From NCBI GenBank assembly GCA_030550585.1, contig JAUQPB010000001.1, forward strand, positions 1 through 64,000: DNA of 64,000 nt. Direction: 5' to 3'. The position numbers were made by a program, and so were the translations under genes. Position 1 is the stretch's first letter, and the number at the start of each line of letters is the position of its first letter. The notes below the pieces were generated by a model. The model was not told the DNA's origin and did not search any database. It was given only the letters and a program-made list of their open reading frames with translations. Source of the DNA: Thermoproteota archaeon. Lineage in GTDB: Archaea; Thermoproteota; Thermoprotei_A; Sulfolobales; Ignisphaeraceae. This document shows positions 9,998 to 20,431 of this stretch, piece after piece.

Positions 9998-10016
9998 TCC
10001 ATGTTAAATTGCTTAG

Positions 10017-10973
10017 CTACAGGTGTTTCCACAGTGTTAGTGGCGAGATTTTCGATGGGTCTGGCCTTAGCCGCCCAGCCCTAATCCTCTCCAAAGCCTT
10101 TGTGAGAGGCTCTGCATCGAGTGCCACTGTTGTGTATAGAGCTGCTAAAGCGCTCCACCTCCCCCATACCCTTGTATACTCCCTCTCGACACTCTTCTCA
10201 TCTATTTTATAGACCTCTGCAACAATTCTTCTAAGCCACCTATCTATAGGCGGCTTCGAGTAGTCTCTAAGCGAGAGTGCTAGTGCTAGTCTCGAGGTGT
10301 ATTCCCCCACACCCCTAATGCTTAGTAGCTCCCCCTCAAGCTCCTCAGACCCAACATCAAATCCATTCAAATGCTGCTTCCCTGCAAACAGCTTCGCCAA
10401 TGCAACAACAGTTTTTGCTCTATAGCCAAGACCAGCATCTAAGAGCATGTCCATGCTATTCTCATTTATGTTTGAAGGGCTTGGAGGAACATATGTTTCA
10501 ATACCTTCGACAGAAACCCTCTTCCCAAAAACCCTTATGAAATTGTAAAACATTTTCCACCCCTGCCTAAAACTAGCGTTTTGCTGGCAAACACCTATGA
10601 CAGATGCTATCCATGGCTGGGAAGCCCTTATGTGCATACCATACAACGTTTCTAGAGATGGCGAGAGTAGAGGGTCTTTAGCCACTATACCGTAAAACTC
10701 TGTCAAGTTCTCCACCAAACCAAGAACGTGCTCAACTATTTTGCCGAGCCCATCAACACCCTCCAACCTCCTATTCTTGGATACGTAGACCCGGGCCTCG
10801 ATCTCGCTACCCAAATCAGCAAGAACAATAATAGCGTCTTCCAATGGGACTAGAAGCCTCTTGCCGTTGAACCAAAAAGAGAAGTTGTATACAGAGGCCG
10901 TCAAGAAGAAGCTGAAGTCTTTGGGCTTCTTAAAAACGAGCTTATCGAAATAGACAAGCTTTTCTGCGGACAT
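10017..10973 (-). CDS. HhH-GPD DNA glycosylase (AlkA/OGG-like)
   Basis: GLGYRAK, LLSIRGVGEYT and PPIDRW motifs. Confidence 0.82.
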   Translation of the reverse strand: MSAEKLVYFDKLVFKKPKDFSFFLTASVYNFSFWFNGKRLLVPLEDAIIVLADLGSEIEARVYVSKNRRLEGVDGLGKIVEHVLGLVENLTEFYGIVAKDPLLSPSLETLYGMHIRASQPWIASVIGVCQQNASFRQGWKMFYNFIRVFGKRVSVEGIETYVPPSPSNINENSMDMLLDAGLGYRAKTVVALAKLFAGKQHLNGFDVGSEELEGELLSIRGVGEYTSRLALALSLRDYSKPPIDRWLRRIVAEVYKIDEKSVEREYTRVWGRWSALAALYTTVALDAEPLTKALERIRAGRLRPDPSKISPLTLWKHL

Positions 10974-11041
10974 TGTTATACACCTAGGTCTAGGTTGTGT
11001 ATTATATGAAGTCTGCCAAATCTGTGTTCTATTTGTTGTAT

Positions 11042-12298
11042 CTACCTCTCTTTCCTCCTTATAGACACCTCCAAACCAGCTATGATAACATCTCTATTAA
11101 ATATAGTTATAGCTGTATAGATCAGAGCTATGCAAACAGCTATGCTGGTTGCTATGGACAACGCAACAAGAGTTCCATTTCCCGACAACAAAAATAGTGC
11201 GTAGGCGTAGGGTAGTAGAACCACTGTTGAGCCAGCTAAAATTGCTGTGAATGCTGTTGGTGGAAGCCCTATGAATGCAGCCGCAAACCCTGCTCCGAGG
11301 AAGATAAACAGTATTATTGTCGATAAACCATATGCTGTATTTTCATCAGATGTTATAGACCCTATTATAATGCCTATTGAGCCTGTCATTATGAGTCCCA
11401 AAACAATAGATGCTGGTATTAGAGCGTAAATAATGCTACTAAAAATCGTTGATGCTATACTTGCATTCTGTAGCTGAATTGCCAACTGTGAGGAGGTTTG
11501 GAGAACAGGTACCAACATCGAGATGAACATATTCAACAAGGTTAGAACCCCGTATACTATCGACGATATTGATGACCCGATGATCTTGGCCAACACAATG
11601 TCTCTTCTCTTAATCGGCTGGGCCAAAAGCATTTCAAAAGCCTTTTCAGTTTTCTCCATAGCCACTGTGGCTGTAGCTGACATAGCGTTTATCGCAAGGA
11701 TTATGGAGATGAAAAATGGTAGTGTTGTTGCAGCCGATGCAATTACATAGTATTCATATTCGCTAACAACGTTGTTGAATAGTATAACAGAGGTGTTTAT
11801 GTGTATCGACTTCGACGAGTCTAAACCGATGCTGTGTTCCATACCTATGGCTATGGGCAAGAGCCTTTCAAGTGCTTGTAAAAAAGATAGGAGCCTGTCT
11901 CACATCGAATTTCCGCTGGACATGGAAAAAGACATGAGTTTTACAAAACCCTTTAAGCTGACGCCCCTCTGTGGGGAGGTGACATTCTCTGTGAACCCCC
12001 TCGGTATAGCCACTCCTATGCTACACTTGGAGACAGCTTATTGAAGAGATGAACATGTGTATACCTTTCCATTGAACGACTTGTTGAGCAGGTCTGCCAA
12101 GGTTGTGATGACGCTGCTGTTCTCTTCAAAGACTACGCATATACCCGCCTCGCTAGCCTCAGCCCCAATCTTGAGTGTCTCGCCAATCAAATTCCCAAGA
12201 ATGCTATAGAAAACTGCTACGATTATGAGGGTGGCTATGTAGCCAGGGCTCTTGAGAAAAACTCGGAGCTCTCTCTTCACAAGTTGTGAAAGGACCAT
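11042..12298 (-). pseudogene. ABC-2/NatB-like permease with two in-frame stops
   Basis: ORFs 12038-12298 and 11042-11860 are in one frame, separated by TAA at 12038-40 and TGA at 11900-02. EKTEKAFEMLLAQPIKR motif. Confidence 0.8.
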
Positions 12299-12302
12299 CT
12301 TG

Positions 12303-13043
12303 TTACACTGTAGCCCTGTTTTTCATCTTTATGAATACCTCCTCTAGGTTTGCAACATTAGCAAGTTTCTTCAGCTGTTCTGGTGTTCCCTCGGCTATGA
12401 GCTTGCCCTTGTATAGCATGCCGACTCTGTGGCTGAGGTACTCAACCTCGAGCATGTTGTGGCTGCTCAGAAGAACTGTTATGCCAAACTCTCTATTGTA
12501 TTTTTTAATCATGTCCCTGACATATATGCTTTTCTCAACGTCTAGTCCGGTTGTTGGCTCGTCTAGTATTAGGAGTTTTGGTTTGGAGGCTAGAACAGTT
12601 GCGACGGCGAGTATTCTTTTCATGCCCTTGCTATATGTTCTAATAGGCTTTTTCAAAGTGTTTCCGAGATCGCATATTTTGGCAGCTTCTTCAACAGCTT
12701 CTTCAAGCCTTGCACCACCAAACCTCAGAGAAAGCATAAACTTTATGAAGTCGTAGCCAGTCAAATCCCTGTATGCACCAGCCTCCTCAGGCAGGTAGTT
12801 GATCATAGACCTAACACGAAGAGGTTCTCTAACAACGTCAACACCATAGACATAGACACTGCCTCTAGTAGGCTTAATCAAAGTAGCTATAATCCTAAGG
12901 GTAGTTGTCTTACCACTCCCATTAGGCCCAACCAAAGCATATATCTCTCCATCGCCAACAGTAAAGGAAAGACCATCAACACCTACAGACCCCCTACCAT
13001 AGACCTTAACAAGATCCCTAACAACAACAGCATAAACACTCAC
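12303..13043 (-). CDS. ABC transporter ATP-binding protein
   Basis: GPNGSGKTT, YSKGM, LILDEPT and SSH motifs; GTG start inferred. Confidence 0.92.
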   Translation of the reverse strand: MSVYAVVVRDLVKVYGRGSVGVDGLSFTVGDGEIYALVGPNGSGKTTTLRIIATLIKPTRGSVYVYGVDVVREPLRVRSMINYLPEEAGAYRDLTGYDFIKFMLSLRFGGARLEEAVEEAAKICDLGNTLKKPIRTYSKGMKRILAVATVLASKPKLLILDEPTTGLDVEKSIYVRDMIKKYNREFGITVLLSSHNMLEVEYLSHRVGMLYKGKLIAEGTPEQLKKLANVANLEEVFIKMKNRATV

Positions 13044-13204
13044 CCAAACCACCACACAAACAAAGCACATAGAGCATATAAAAACTTTTGTACTTTGCAT
13101 ACACAACCATCCAAAAGCAAAAGACAATCAAAACCAAACAAATGGTTACAAAACACCAAAAACCGCCTAAACATCCCAAAACACAGATAGACAAACACAC
13201 AACA

Positions 13205-13630
13205 TCAGCTAACACAATACTTTCTAGCCAACAATTGAGTGACAACAAATTGAAAGGTTATGAACGCACTAATTGCGTTCCCAATGACATTGAATCCCAT
13301 TTTTATGTTAAGCAACATCTCCAAAACCTCGTTTGAATACCATGCACATGCAATCCCCATCACGCCACTGATAGGCACAATTAAAAAGACTAGATTCAAG
13401 CTAATTCTATGGCATGCTCCAAGCCAATAGAATAGCATAAGTATATACACCATTGCCATGGCCATGATTAGAAGCACTACAAATGCAGTCAAATACCCAA
13501 AAGCCTTTATCAAAAGCAATGAAAACCAAGGCATAAACCAAACAAGGAAAGCACAAAAAGCTACAATTATTACAATATACATTATGGCAGTCTTTAAAGA
13601 CGGTTCTTTCCCAGAAACCTGCTGCACCAT
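13205..13630 (-). CDS. Small multi-pass membrane protein (paralog of 13682-14200)
   Basis: About 4 TM segments; shares PWFSxLLIKAFGY with its neighbour. Confidence 0.72.
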   Translation of the reverse strand: MVQQVSGKEPSLKTAIMYIVIIVAFCAFLVWFMPWFSLLLIKAFGYLTAFVVLLIMAMAMVYILMLFYWLGACHRISLNLVFLIVPISGVMGIACAWYSNEVLEMLLNIKMGFNVIGNAISAFITFQFVVTQLLARKYCVS

Positions 13631-13681
13631 ACAACACCACCTAAATATTAAAATTAATAGAGTGTTGTCTTTGTATACAAA

Positions 13682-14200
13682 TCATTTGTTTTGTTGCATA
13701 TGTCTAGAATCCCATTGTGTATATCCATATTTCTTGAATTTCCTCATTAACCTGTGTGCTAAGGTTGTTCCTTCACCAATCAACAGCCTTCTATATCTCA
13801 ATGCATAGAGGCAAAATACAAACATTCCAAAGAGGGAAATTGGTAGCAAAATAACATTGTCATTTATATCCATATTAAATATCCTCTCCAATGCAAATGT
13901 TGCATTTCGTGCAAATATGAATGACGCTAAGGCAAGGGTGGGAAAGGCTAATAAAAAGATTTTAGGATTAATCCTTCCAGAAACATAAAGCCAGGGAACC
14001 ACCATAAATATATACGTTGCGGACATCGCTATAAACAGAAATACTGAAAAAGCTATCCAATAGCCAAAAGCCTTTATCAAAAGCCATGAAAACCAAGGGA
14101 ATAAGAAAAACACAGCAGCAAAACATACAGCAACACTAAGAGCAACATATGCTACAATAACTTTATCAGAAGTCATTTCTCTAGAGATTTGCTGTGCCAT
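13682..14200 (-). CDS. Small multi-pass membrane protein (paralog of 13205-13630)
   Basis: About 4 TM segments, GGTG RBS, MAQQ/MVQQ start shared with its neighbour. Confidence 0.72.
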   Translation of the reverse strand: MAQQISREMTSDKVIVAYVALSVAVCFAAVFFLFPWFSWLLIKAFGYWIAFSVFLFIAMSATYIFMVVPWLYVSGRINPKIFLLAFPTLALASFIFARNATFALERIFNMDINDNVILLPISLFGMFVFCLYALRYRRLLIGEGTTLAHRLMRKFKKYGYTQWDSRHMQQNK

Positions 14201-14247
14201 AGCACAGCACCCAAAGATATTTATTTTGTATTAAAAAATAAAGTTTA

Positions 14248-14610
14248 CTATCTTTCTCCAGCTGGAGGTAGTGAAGGACAGTTAGAGCCAAAGAGATTTC
14301 CGACAAAGAATATGCCAACTGTAGTACCAACAACAGTAGCGATAGGCTTTGCAAACGCTATTATAGCTAATCCAGCTATTGTTGCAGCTACTCCTATGCA
14401 TGCAACAGTGCTATTGCGAACTAGGTAACCAATGCCTATGGTAACCAATCCTGCTATTGTAACTGCTATTCCAACTAGTAGCCATGGAAAGTCTATTATT
14501 AGTGCATATCCTTTTTCTACTGGCTTGTCTATTTCTTTTGGTATATTGTTTGCTAACCCATTTAATGCGTTGGCTATTTGCGGATATGCTGTCGGTACGT
14601 ATCCTCCCTT
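14248..14610 (-). pseudogene. 5'-truncated ORF with a Gly/Ala-rich hydrophobic C-terminus
   Basis: 120 codons open from the TAA at 14611-13, with no ATG: KGGYVPTAYPQIANALNGL...WLLVGIAVTIAGLVTIGIG...PPAGER. Confidence 0.55.
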
Positions 14611-15030
14611 TTAACGATAGAATAGATTTGAATACTTTTGAATAACTCTGTTTTTTCTGTTGGCAGTGAGCCGCGATGCGATGAGGTTCAATCTATAGAT
14701 GGGCCTTGCAGTATTGGGCTTCACGGAGCTTTGTGAGTTGTGAGCGGAGCTAAAAATTGAAGAACTATCTAAAAAGTATCGTGGGAGGGGGATACTGCAC
14801 GTTCCTCAGTTTTTGTTTAGCGAACCTGTGTTTTGGATATTGTGTAGAGGGTTATGAGCACCAATGTGGAGAACGCTACAAAGAGTGTTCCTATGGCTAG
14901 TCGAAGGGGTATATCTAGTTGGATGTTGAGCATGTTTTCTAGAGCTCTTCGAAGCCTCAATAGGCAACCTGAGAGCATCTCTGTAAGTTTAGTATTGGGG
15001 CTTTTGGGTGTCTGGAATCTGTGAATATGT

Positions 15031-15297
15031 CTATCTATGTCTAGACCTAGCCAGATGTAGTATCAGAGCAAAGAGTATGTGAAGGCCGATAGCAAGACAT
15101 GTAACGGCCAAGCCAACAAACACATAGAACAATACATCGCTTTGAAAAGAGGAAAGGTAGAGCATAACAACACCCACAACAATGAAGCCTATAGACTCAA
15201 AAACTATGATAATTAAAGAAGAGTCTGAAGAAAATACACCAGAAGAAGTGTTTAAGGATAAAAAAATATTTTTGTTTTCAAGTTTCAAGCTAACCAC
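15031..15297 (-). CDS. Small hypothetical membrane protein
   Basis: Two hydrophobic segments, directly downstream of the archaellin gene; start uncertain. Confidence 0.4.
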   Translation of the reverse strand: MVSLKLENKNIFLSLNTSSGVFSSDSSLIIIVFESIGFIVVGVVMLYLSSFQSDVLFYVFVGLAVTCLAIGLHILFALILHLARSRHR

Positions 15298-15317
15298 GTT
15301 GACAGTCTTTCCTAAGG

Positions 15318-16028
15318 CTAGCCAAGATCTATAACACTATACGCTAGAGATGCTGGAACAGTCCTCTCAACAGTTAGAGCAGCACCAATCGGAGGCTTAA
15401 TCTCAACCTTAAAGACATCATACGGGTTGAGACCCTTTATACTTGTGTAGCCGAGATCTTCAGCCAGCTTTGTGAAGTTGACAACAACCAAGACTTTCTC
15501 ACCCGGCTGAAGCACTGTATCACCGTTGTTGTTGGGGCTCCACACTACTGCAACACCATTGGTCACGTGTCCTGCTAGCATACAGAGATTCGTTATGTTA
15601 TAGCTGTAAGTCCCAGTTTTTCCAAGGTTATCAATTATTGCCTTAGTAAGATTGGTGACTGCTTGCTGAGTAGTATTTATGTAGAGGTTTGTGCCGCCCA
15701 GCTTGTTTATTACCCATGCTGCTATGTCTGCTTTTCCTGGTGTTAAATCGACGTCTTTTTGTCCTGCTGATAGTCTAACTGGTATTACGGCACACGTCAA
15801 ATTGTGAATACTTGTATCTACATATGCTAGTACTGTTCCGTCTACTTCTAGAGAGCTGCTTGCCTGTGCTAGGCCCTGGGCCATAACCTCTTTGCTTCTC
15901 TGCGTTGTGTAAAAGCCCATGTTTAGTGCTACAAAGGCTAGTGCAGCAGCCACTACAACAAATGCTATTAGCACTATAGCAGCCTCAATACCCACAATAC
16001 CCCTCAACAGTCTTGTCCTCATCTTCAT
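15318..16028 (-). CDS. flaB: Archaellin (archaeal flagellin)
   Basis: Class III signal peptide RG/IVGIEAAIVLIAFVVVAA, C-terminal EIKPPIGAALTVERTVP, GGTGA RBS before ATG 16028. Confidence 0.92.
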   Translation of the reverse strand: MKMRTRLLRGIVGIEAAIVLIAFVVVAAALAFVALNMGFYTTQRSKEVMAQGLAQASSSLEVDGTVLAYVDTSIHNLTCAVIPVRLSAGQKDVDLTPGKADIAAWVINKLGGTNLYINTTQQAVTNLTKAIIDNLGKTGTYSYNITNLCMLAGHVTNGVAVVWSPNNNGDTVLQPGEKVLVVVNFTKLAEDLGYTSIKGLNPYDVFKVEIKPPIGAALTVERTVPASLAYSVIDLG

Positions 16029-16423
16029 CTGGTTCACCCGTCCCAACAAATTTGGCACTCCTCAAGAATATTCAAGATTAGTGCATAGAGGCGACCACAC
16101 GCCTAGAACAACAAACAAATCAAGCAATAGAATGCAGAGACGCCAACACGCTAATGTATAAAGAGAGGAGGTGTTGATCCAGATCTGGTTGCAGCAATCC
16201 TAATCTCGAATCTGCGTAGCTTGATCCTCAGAGAGCTGATCTGGCGCCACAGTTAGTTGTTCTCATATTCATTGCTGATAGGGGTTGGATAGCGAAACAC
16301 AGTTATTAGCAGCTTATCCGCCGTCGAGTTTTTGCTGATCTTGGTTCATTGTGTAGAGGGGTTGGTTTGTGAGCTATAAAGGTAAAATACCTCTTGCGAT
16401 CTATTTCAAGTTTTGCTGTTTAG

Positions 16424-17125
16424 GTGATAGGTGCTGTGGCTTCGAAAATGTTTGTTGTGTTTGTATTTGGACTGTTGATAGGATTTGCAATAGCCTTTGC
16501 AGCCATGCGTGTTGTGGAGCAACGAAGGGCCGTGGCTACACAGACGTGTGTAGCGACATTGACTCAAACCCAGACAATGTGTGTAGAGCTGCAAACACCT
16601 ATCTATGTCACGTCGCCTGCCACGATGGTGAACGCCTCTGTGTCTTCGGTTGGGTGTGGGGTTGGTGTTCTGGTTGATAAGAGCTATTTCCAGGCTGTTC
16701 AAAGCCTTCTTGAAAGAGCCAACAAAAGTATCTACATAGCTATGTATGCTATGAAATATGACCCTGCAGAGCCTGGCGACCCTGTTAACAAGCTTCTCAA
16801 CATAGTTGTTAATAAGAGTAGGTATGGGGTTGATGTGAAGATAGTGGTGGATGATGTAACGTACAAAGACTATCCAGATACCATAGCCTTTCTGCTTGGA
16901 AACAACATAAGTGTTAGACTCGACGAGTCTAGTGGTAGGACAATCCACGCCAAGCTGGTTATAGTAGATAATAGAACGGCTGTTCTTGGAAGCCACAACT
17001 GGACTGAGAGCGCTCTTCAGCTCAACCACGAAGCATCTATAGAGATAGACTGTCCAGATGCTGTCAAAACCCTTCTAAACTACTTCGATAGCCTGTGGGC
17101 AAGTGGAAGAACAATCAAGCAGTAG
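16424..17125 (+). CDS. Membrane-anchored phospholipase D-family (single HKD) nuclease/phosphodiesterase
   Basis: HAKLVIVD...GSHNWT...NHE and an N-terminal TM helix. Confidence 0.88.
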   Translation: MIGAVASKMFVVFVFGLLIGFAIAFAAMRVVEQRRAVATQTCVATLTQTQTMCVELQTPIYVTSPATMVNASVSSVGCGVGVLVDKSYFQAVQSLLERANKSIYIAMYAMKYDPAEPGDPVNKLLNIVVNKSRYGVDVKIVVDDVTYKDYPDTIAFLLGNNISVRLDESSGRTIHAKLVIVDNRTAVLGSHNWTESALQLNHEASIEIDCPDAVKTLLNYFDSLWASGRTIKQ

Positions 17126-17570
17126 ATTGTATGTGCTGAGAAGGCTCTGCAAACCTATTGCAAACACCTTTCAAAAGCTCGCTAGCAACTATAGCGGACC
17201 TGCACATGCTCCTGACTATTGCCATCCCCTTGCCTAGGTACACAGGCCTTCTAAAGACAATGACATCACCGTTTCTTATAAGCAGTATGCCAACCCTCGG
17301 ATCAACTCTACTCAAAGCCCATGTGTAGAAACTGTATGGAATAGCAACATAGAGATAGTCTGCCAGTTCAATACGCCTCCAAATCTGCTTATAGACCTTG
17401 TCACGAGGCCTTCTCTTAACCTCTACAACATGGACATAAACACGATCAGAAGAAGACTCAAAAGCAACAACATCAAATTCAACACCGTCTAAAACAACAT
17501 TCCTATAAACATCGAACCCAGCACTCCTAAACCTCGATACAACTGATTCGACTAAACCATTCTCATCCAA
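17115..17570 (-). CDS. PD-(D/E)XK nuclease-fold protein
   Basis: EFDVVA...VVEVK motif; TTG start inferred from a GGTG RBS. Confidence 0.65.
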   Translation of the reverse strand: MDENGLVESVVSRFRSAGFDVYRNVVLDGVEFDVVAFESSSDRVYVHVVEVKRRPRDKVYKQIWRRIELADYLYVAIPYSFYTWALSRVDPRVGILLIRNGDVIVFRRPVYLGKGMAIVRSMCRSAIVASELLKGVCNRFAEPSQHIQSTA

Positions 17571-17838
17571 GTCAGCAACACCAAAACTCAAAGCCCTACT
17601 ACGAATTGAAGCGGAACATATATATGCACATCGATAGGCAAAGAAAGTACAAGTTCTATGGAAATCCAACAAAATAAAAACCTTCTATAAAAAGTGCTAC
17701 ACTAGTATTACTAGCAACAGGTTGAATATAGCTATACAAACCAATACCATAATACATATAATTAAAAGTAATAGAGGTATTATCTGCAGAAAGTCGTATA
17801 TATCTAGCACAGAGTATTATATATTCGGGGGCGCCAAA

Positions 17839-17978
17839 CCCCAGTTGTGTGGACAATGCACAAACATGGCATGCTGGGGCCAGCTCCTTAGGCAGCCCTC
17901 AGGGGATAAGCCCTGGGGGTTGTCTAGGGGGCTTGACCCCGGTATGCCCATGTTTGTGCATTGTCCACACAACTGGGG
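17839..17978 (+). repeat. 140-nt long inverted repeat/rod hairpin (candidate ncRNA or MITE)
   Basis: The outer 31 bp is a perfect inverted repeat. The inner stem has 7 G-U pairs, 1 mismatch, 2 single-nt bulges and a 6-nt loop. Confidence 0.9.
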
Positions 17979-18125
17979 GGCGAGACCGTTGTTCTGGTCA
18001 CATGTCATATTGTTCTAATGTGAGTGTCTTTCTGTTCTTAGACTACGTTGTCTCGCTATGGTCATTGGGCTGGCATTTGACGAAAGCTAATAATGTCGGT
18101 GGTGATGTTAGTTTTTGGTGTTTTT

Positions 18126-19289
18126 ATGAAGGTTGTTTTTGAGAGATGTAGGATTGTATCTCCAAGTTATGATATTGCCGATGGCTATGTAGTTGTTGAG
18201 GACGGTGTTGTTGTTGGTGTTGGTTCTGGGCGTTTTGATGGCTATGCTGATGAGAGGGTTGATTTAGAGGGTTTGACTCTTTTGCCAGGTTTTGTCGATA
18301 CCCATACCCATGGTGTTGGAGGTTTCGATATAACTGCTAGTCCGCTGCTTGAGACTGTTATTGAGATAGCTAGGAGGTTTGTGAAGTATGGGGTTACAGG
18401 CTTTCTTCCAACAACTGTTTCTGCACCTCATGAAACCATTGTAAGGGCTTGTAGAGCTGTTAGAGAGGCTTCAAAGCTTTGGAAACCATCTATTGGTTCT
18501 AGGATTCTTGGTATACATCTAGAGGGGCCCTATATCAGTCGTGAGGTGGCTGGGGCCCAGAACACAGAGTTTGTTAGACATCCATCTGTAGAGGAGTTCA
18601 AGGTCTACTACGAGGAGTCTGGGGGCTTGCTAAAGCAGATTACCATAGCGCCTGAGTTGCCTGGGGCTGCAAAGCTTATAGAGTTTGCTAAGGGCTTGGG
18701 AGTAACAGTTAGCGCTGGACATACAGACGCTGGCTATGAGGTTGGCTTAGAGGCTGTTAGACTAGGTGTTTCGAAGGCTACGCATCTGTTCAATGGCATG
18801 AGGCGGTTTCACCATAGAGACCCTGGGATTGCTCTAGCTCTTATCCAGTCTCCAAACGTCTATCTAGAGATTATAGCTGATTTCATACATCTCCACCCAG
18901 CAGTTGTTAAGATGGTTGTAGACTATGCGACGCCTAGGAGAATAGTTTTGGTTACAGACTCCATAGCAGCTACAGGGCTTGGCGATGGCGTCTACAATCT
19001 CAGTGGTCTAGAAGTTGTTGTTGAGAGGGGTGTATGCAGATTGGCGAAGACAGGTGGTTTAGCTGGGAGCACGCTGACTATGGATAAAGCGTTTAGAAAC
19101 ATTGTGTCGCTTGGATACACACTAAGAGAAGCCTCTATGATGGCTAGCTACAACCCCGCTAAGAGCATAAGGCTCGGAATAAACATTGGAGATATTGCGC
19201 CAGGCTATAGAGCAGACTTTGCAGTTGTTGATGACAGGCTAGAAGTTGTTAAAACTGTTATCGATGGAGAAATTGTTTATGAGAGGTAA
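18126..19289 (+). CDS. nagA: N-acetylglucosamine-6-phosphate deacetylase
   Basis: PGFVDTHTHG, GIHLEGP, THLFNGM, LVTDS, LAGSTLTM. Confidence 0.95.
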   Translation: MKVVFERCRIVSPSYDIADGYVVVEDGVVVGVGSGRFDGYADERVDLEGLTLLPGFVDTHTHGVGGFDITASPLLETVIEIARRFVKYGVTGFLPTTVSAPHETIVRACRAVREASKLWKPSIGSRILGIHLEGPYISREVAGAQNTEFVRHPSVEEFKVYYEESGGLLKQITIAPELPGAAKLIEFAKGLGVTVSAGHTDAGYEVGLEAVRLGVSKATHLFNGMRRFHHRDPGIALALIQSPNVYLEIIADFIHLHPAVVKMVVDYATPRRIVLVTDSIAATGLGDGVYNLSGLEVVVERGVCRLAKTGGLAGSTLTMDKAFRNIVSLGYTLREASMMASYNPAKSIRLGINIGDIAPGYRADFAVVDDRLEVVKTVIDGEIVYER

Positions 19290-19367
19290 CAGCATTTCGG
19301 TACACATAACCCGTTTTTAGCATGCAAATGCTTTTAAACTCTGTAGCGCATAGTCTACATGTAATGA

Positions 19368-20348
19368 ATGTGGGATTGTATGGAGGAATCGGATTCAGAT
19401 TCAGAAGATGATTCGTCTAGCGATAAATGCTTGAATGTCTCCATTAGAAGGGCCAGAATTTCTGATGTTGACAACATATTTAGGATATATAGCGAGAGTA
19501 TTCAGTATCTCGATTTGGAGAGCAAAGAGTGGATAGCTGGTGTTATTAGGAAGAGGAGCAAGAGGATCAGAATATATGTTGCCATCCACAACAAGAGTGT
19601 GGCAGGCTTTGCCATAGTTTATAAGAAGAGAGATAAGGCATATGTCGATGCCCTTGCCATAGACGAGATGTTTAGGGGGAGGGGAATAGGAGAGTGCCTG
19701 CTTAGAAACGTTGAAGAGGCGTTGGCTGGTGAGGGTGTTGAGAAAATCTATCTAACTGTGAAAAACCATAATAATAGGGCTCTTGGAATGTATGTAAAGA
19801 ACGGCTATAGAATATCAAATGTCATTCTAGTTCTAGAAGCAAAGCTAAGCAACATAGATATTAGCGTAGATAAGAAGGTTTTGGATAGAACTAGGATAAG
19901 CATTGACAGCGTCAAGAGAGCGTCTATTCCAAGAGTCAAACTACTTGATTTGACCATGTGGAACAACTTCACATGGGATGTAGACGAAGCTATATATAGA
20001 CTTAGCGGAGAGGAGGTAACGATAATAACAGTTTACAATGGTAGGAGAATAGCCGGGGTTGCACAGCTATCTACCACCAGTAGCAAGATTGTTGTTGAGA
20101 GGTTGGCACTATCCTACTATAGACCAACAGAATCTCTAAAGGTGTTGATAGACTCTGTAAAGAGGTTTGCTGATAGAGGCATAGACACAAGCATTGTTAT
20201 ACCAGTAGACTCTTCAAAGACGTCGCTACTGAAAACACTTATATCGATGGGCTTTAGAATAGTTGATAGCGAGTATGTGCTCTACAAAGATGTTGGAGAA
20301 GAGCAAGAGAAGAGCATAAGCAGTGTGGCATTAGCCAAACATGTTTAA
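19368..20348 (+). CDS. GNAT acetyltransferase (tandem domain)
   Basis: FRGRGIG motif A and N..AL.MY.KNGY. Confidence 0.8.
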   Translation: MWDCMEESDSDSEDDSSSDKCLNVSIRRARISDVDNIFRIYSESIQYLDLESKEWIAGVIRKRSKRIRIYVAIHNKSVAGFAIVYKKRDKAYVDALAIDEMFRGRGIGECLLRNVEEALAGEGVEKIYLTVKNHNNRALGMYVKNGYRISNVILVLEAKLSNIDISVDKKVLDRTRISIDSVKRASIPRVKLLDLTMWNNFTWDVDEAIYRLSGEEVTIITVYNGRRIAGVAQLSTTSSKIVVERLALSYYRPTESLKVLIDSVKRFADRGIDTSIVIPVDSSKTSLLKTLISMGFRIVDSEYVLYKDVGEEQEKSISSVALAKHV

Positions 20349-20431
20349 CTAGCCAATCAGAAAGAGTAAAATATTTCCTAACACAAAAATCTACCAGCAA
20401 AAGCATTCATTCTTGGTAGCGGTGGCTTTGC

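Noticed and set aside
17650-17830. Replication origin (AT-rich stretch with weak ORB-like GTTCTATGGAAAT)
   Set aside because: A single poor match, with no cdc6/orc1 or whiP gene nearby.
17656-18142. Small ORFs with mirrored PQLCGQCTNM / MFVHCPHNWG motifs that look like Cys-rich peptides
   Set aside because: They arise on both strands from the inverted repeat, with no RBS support.
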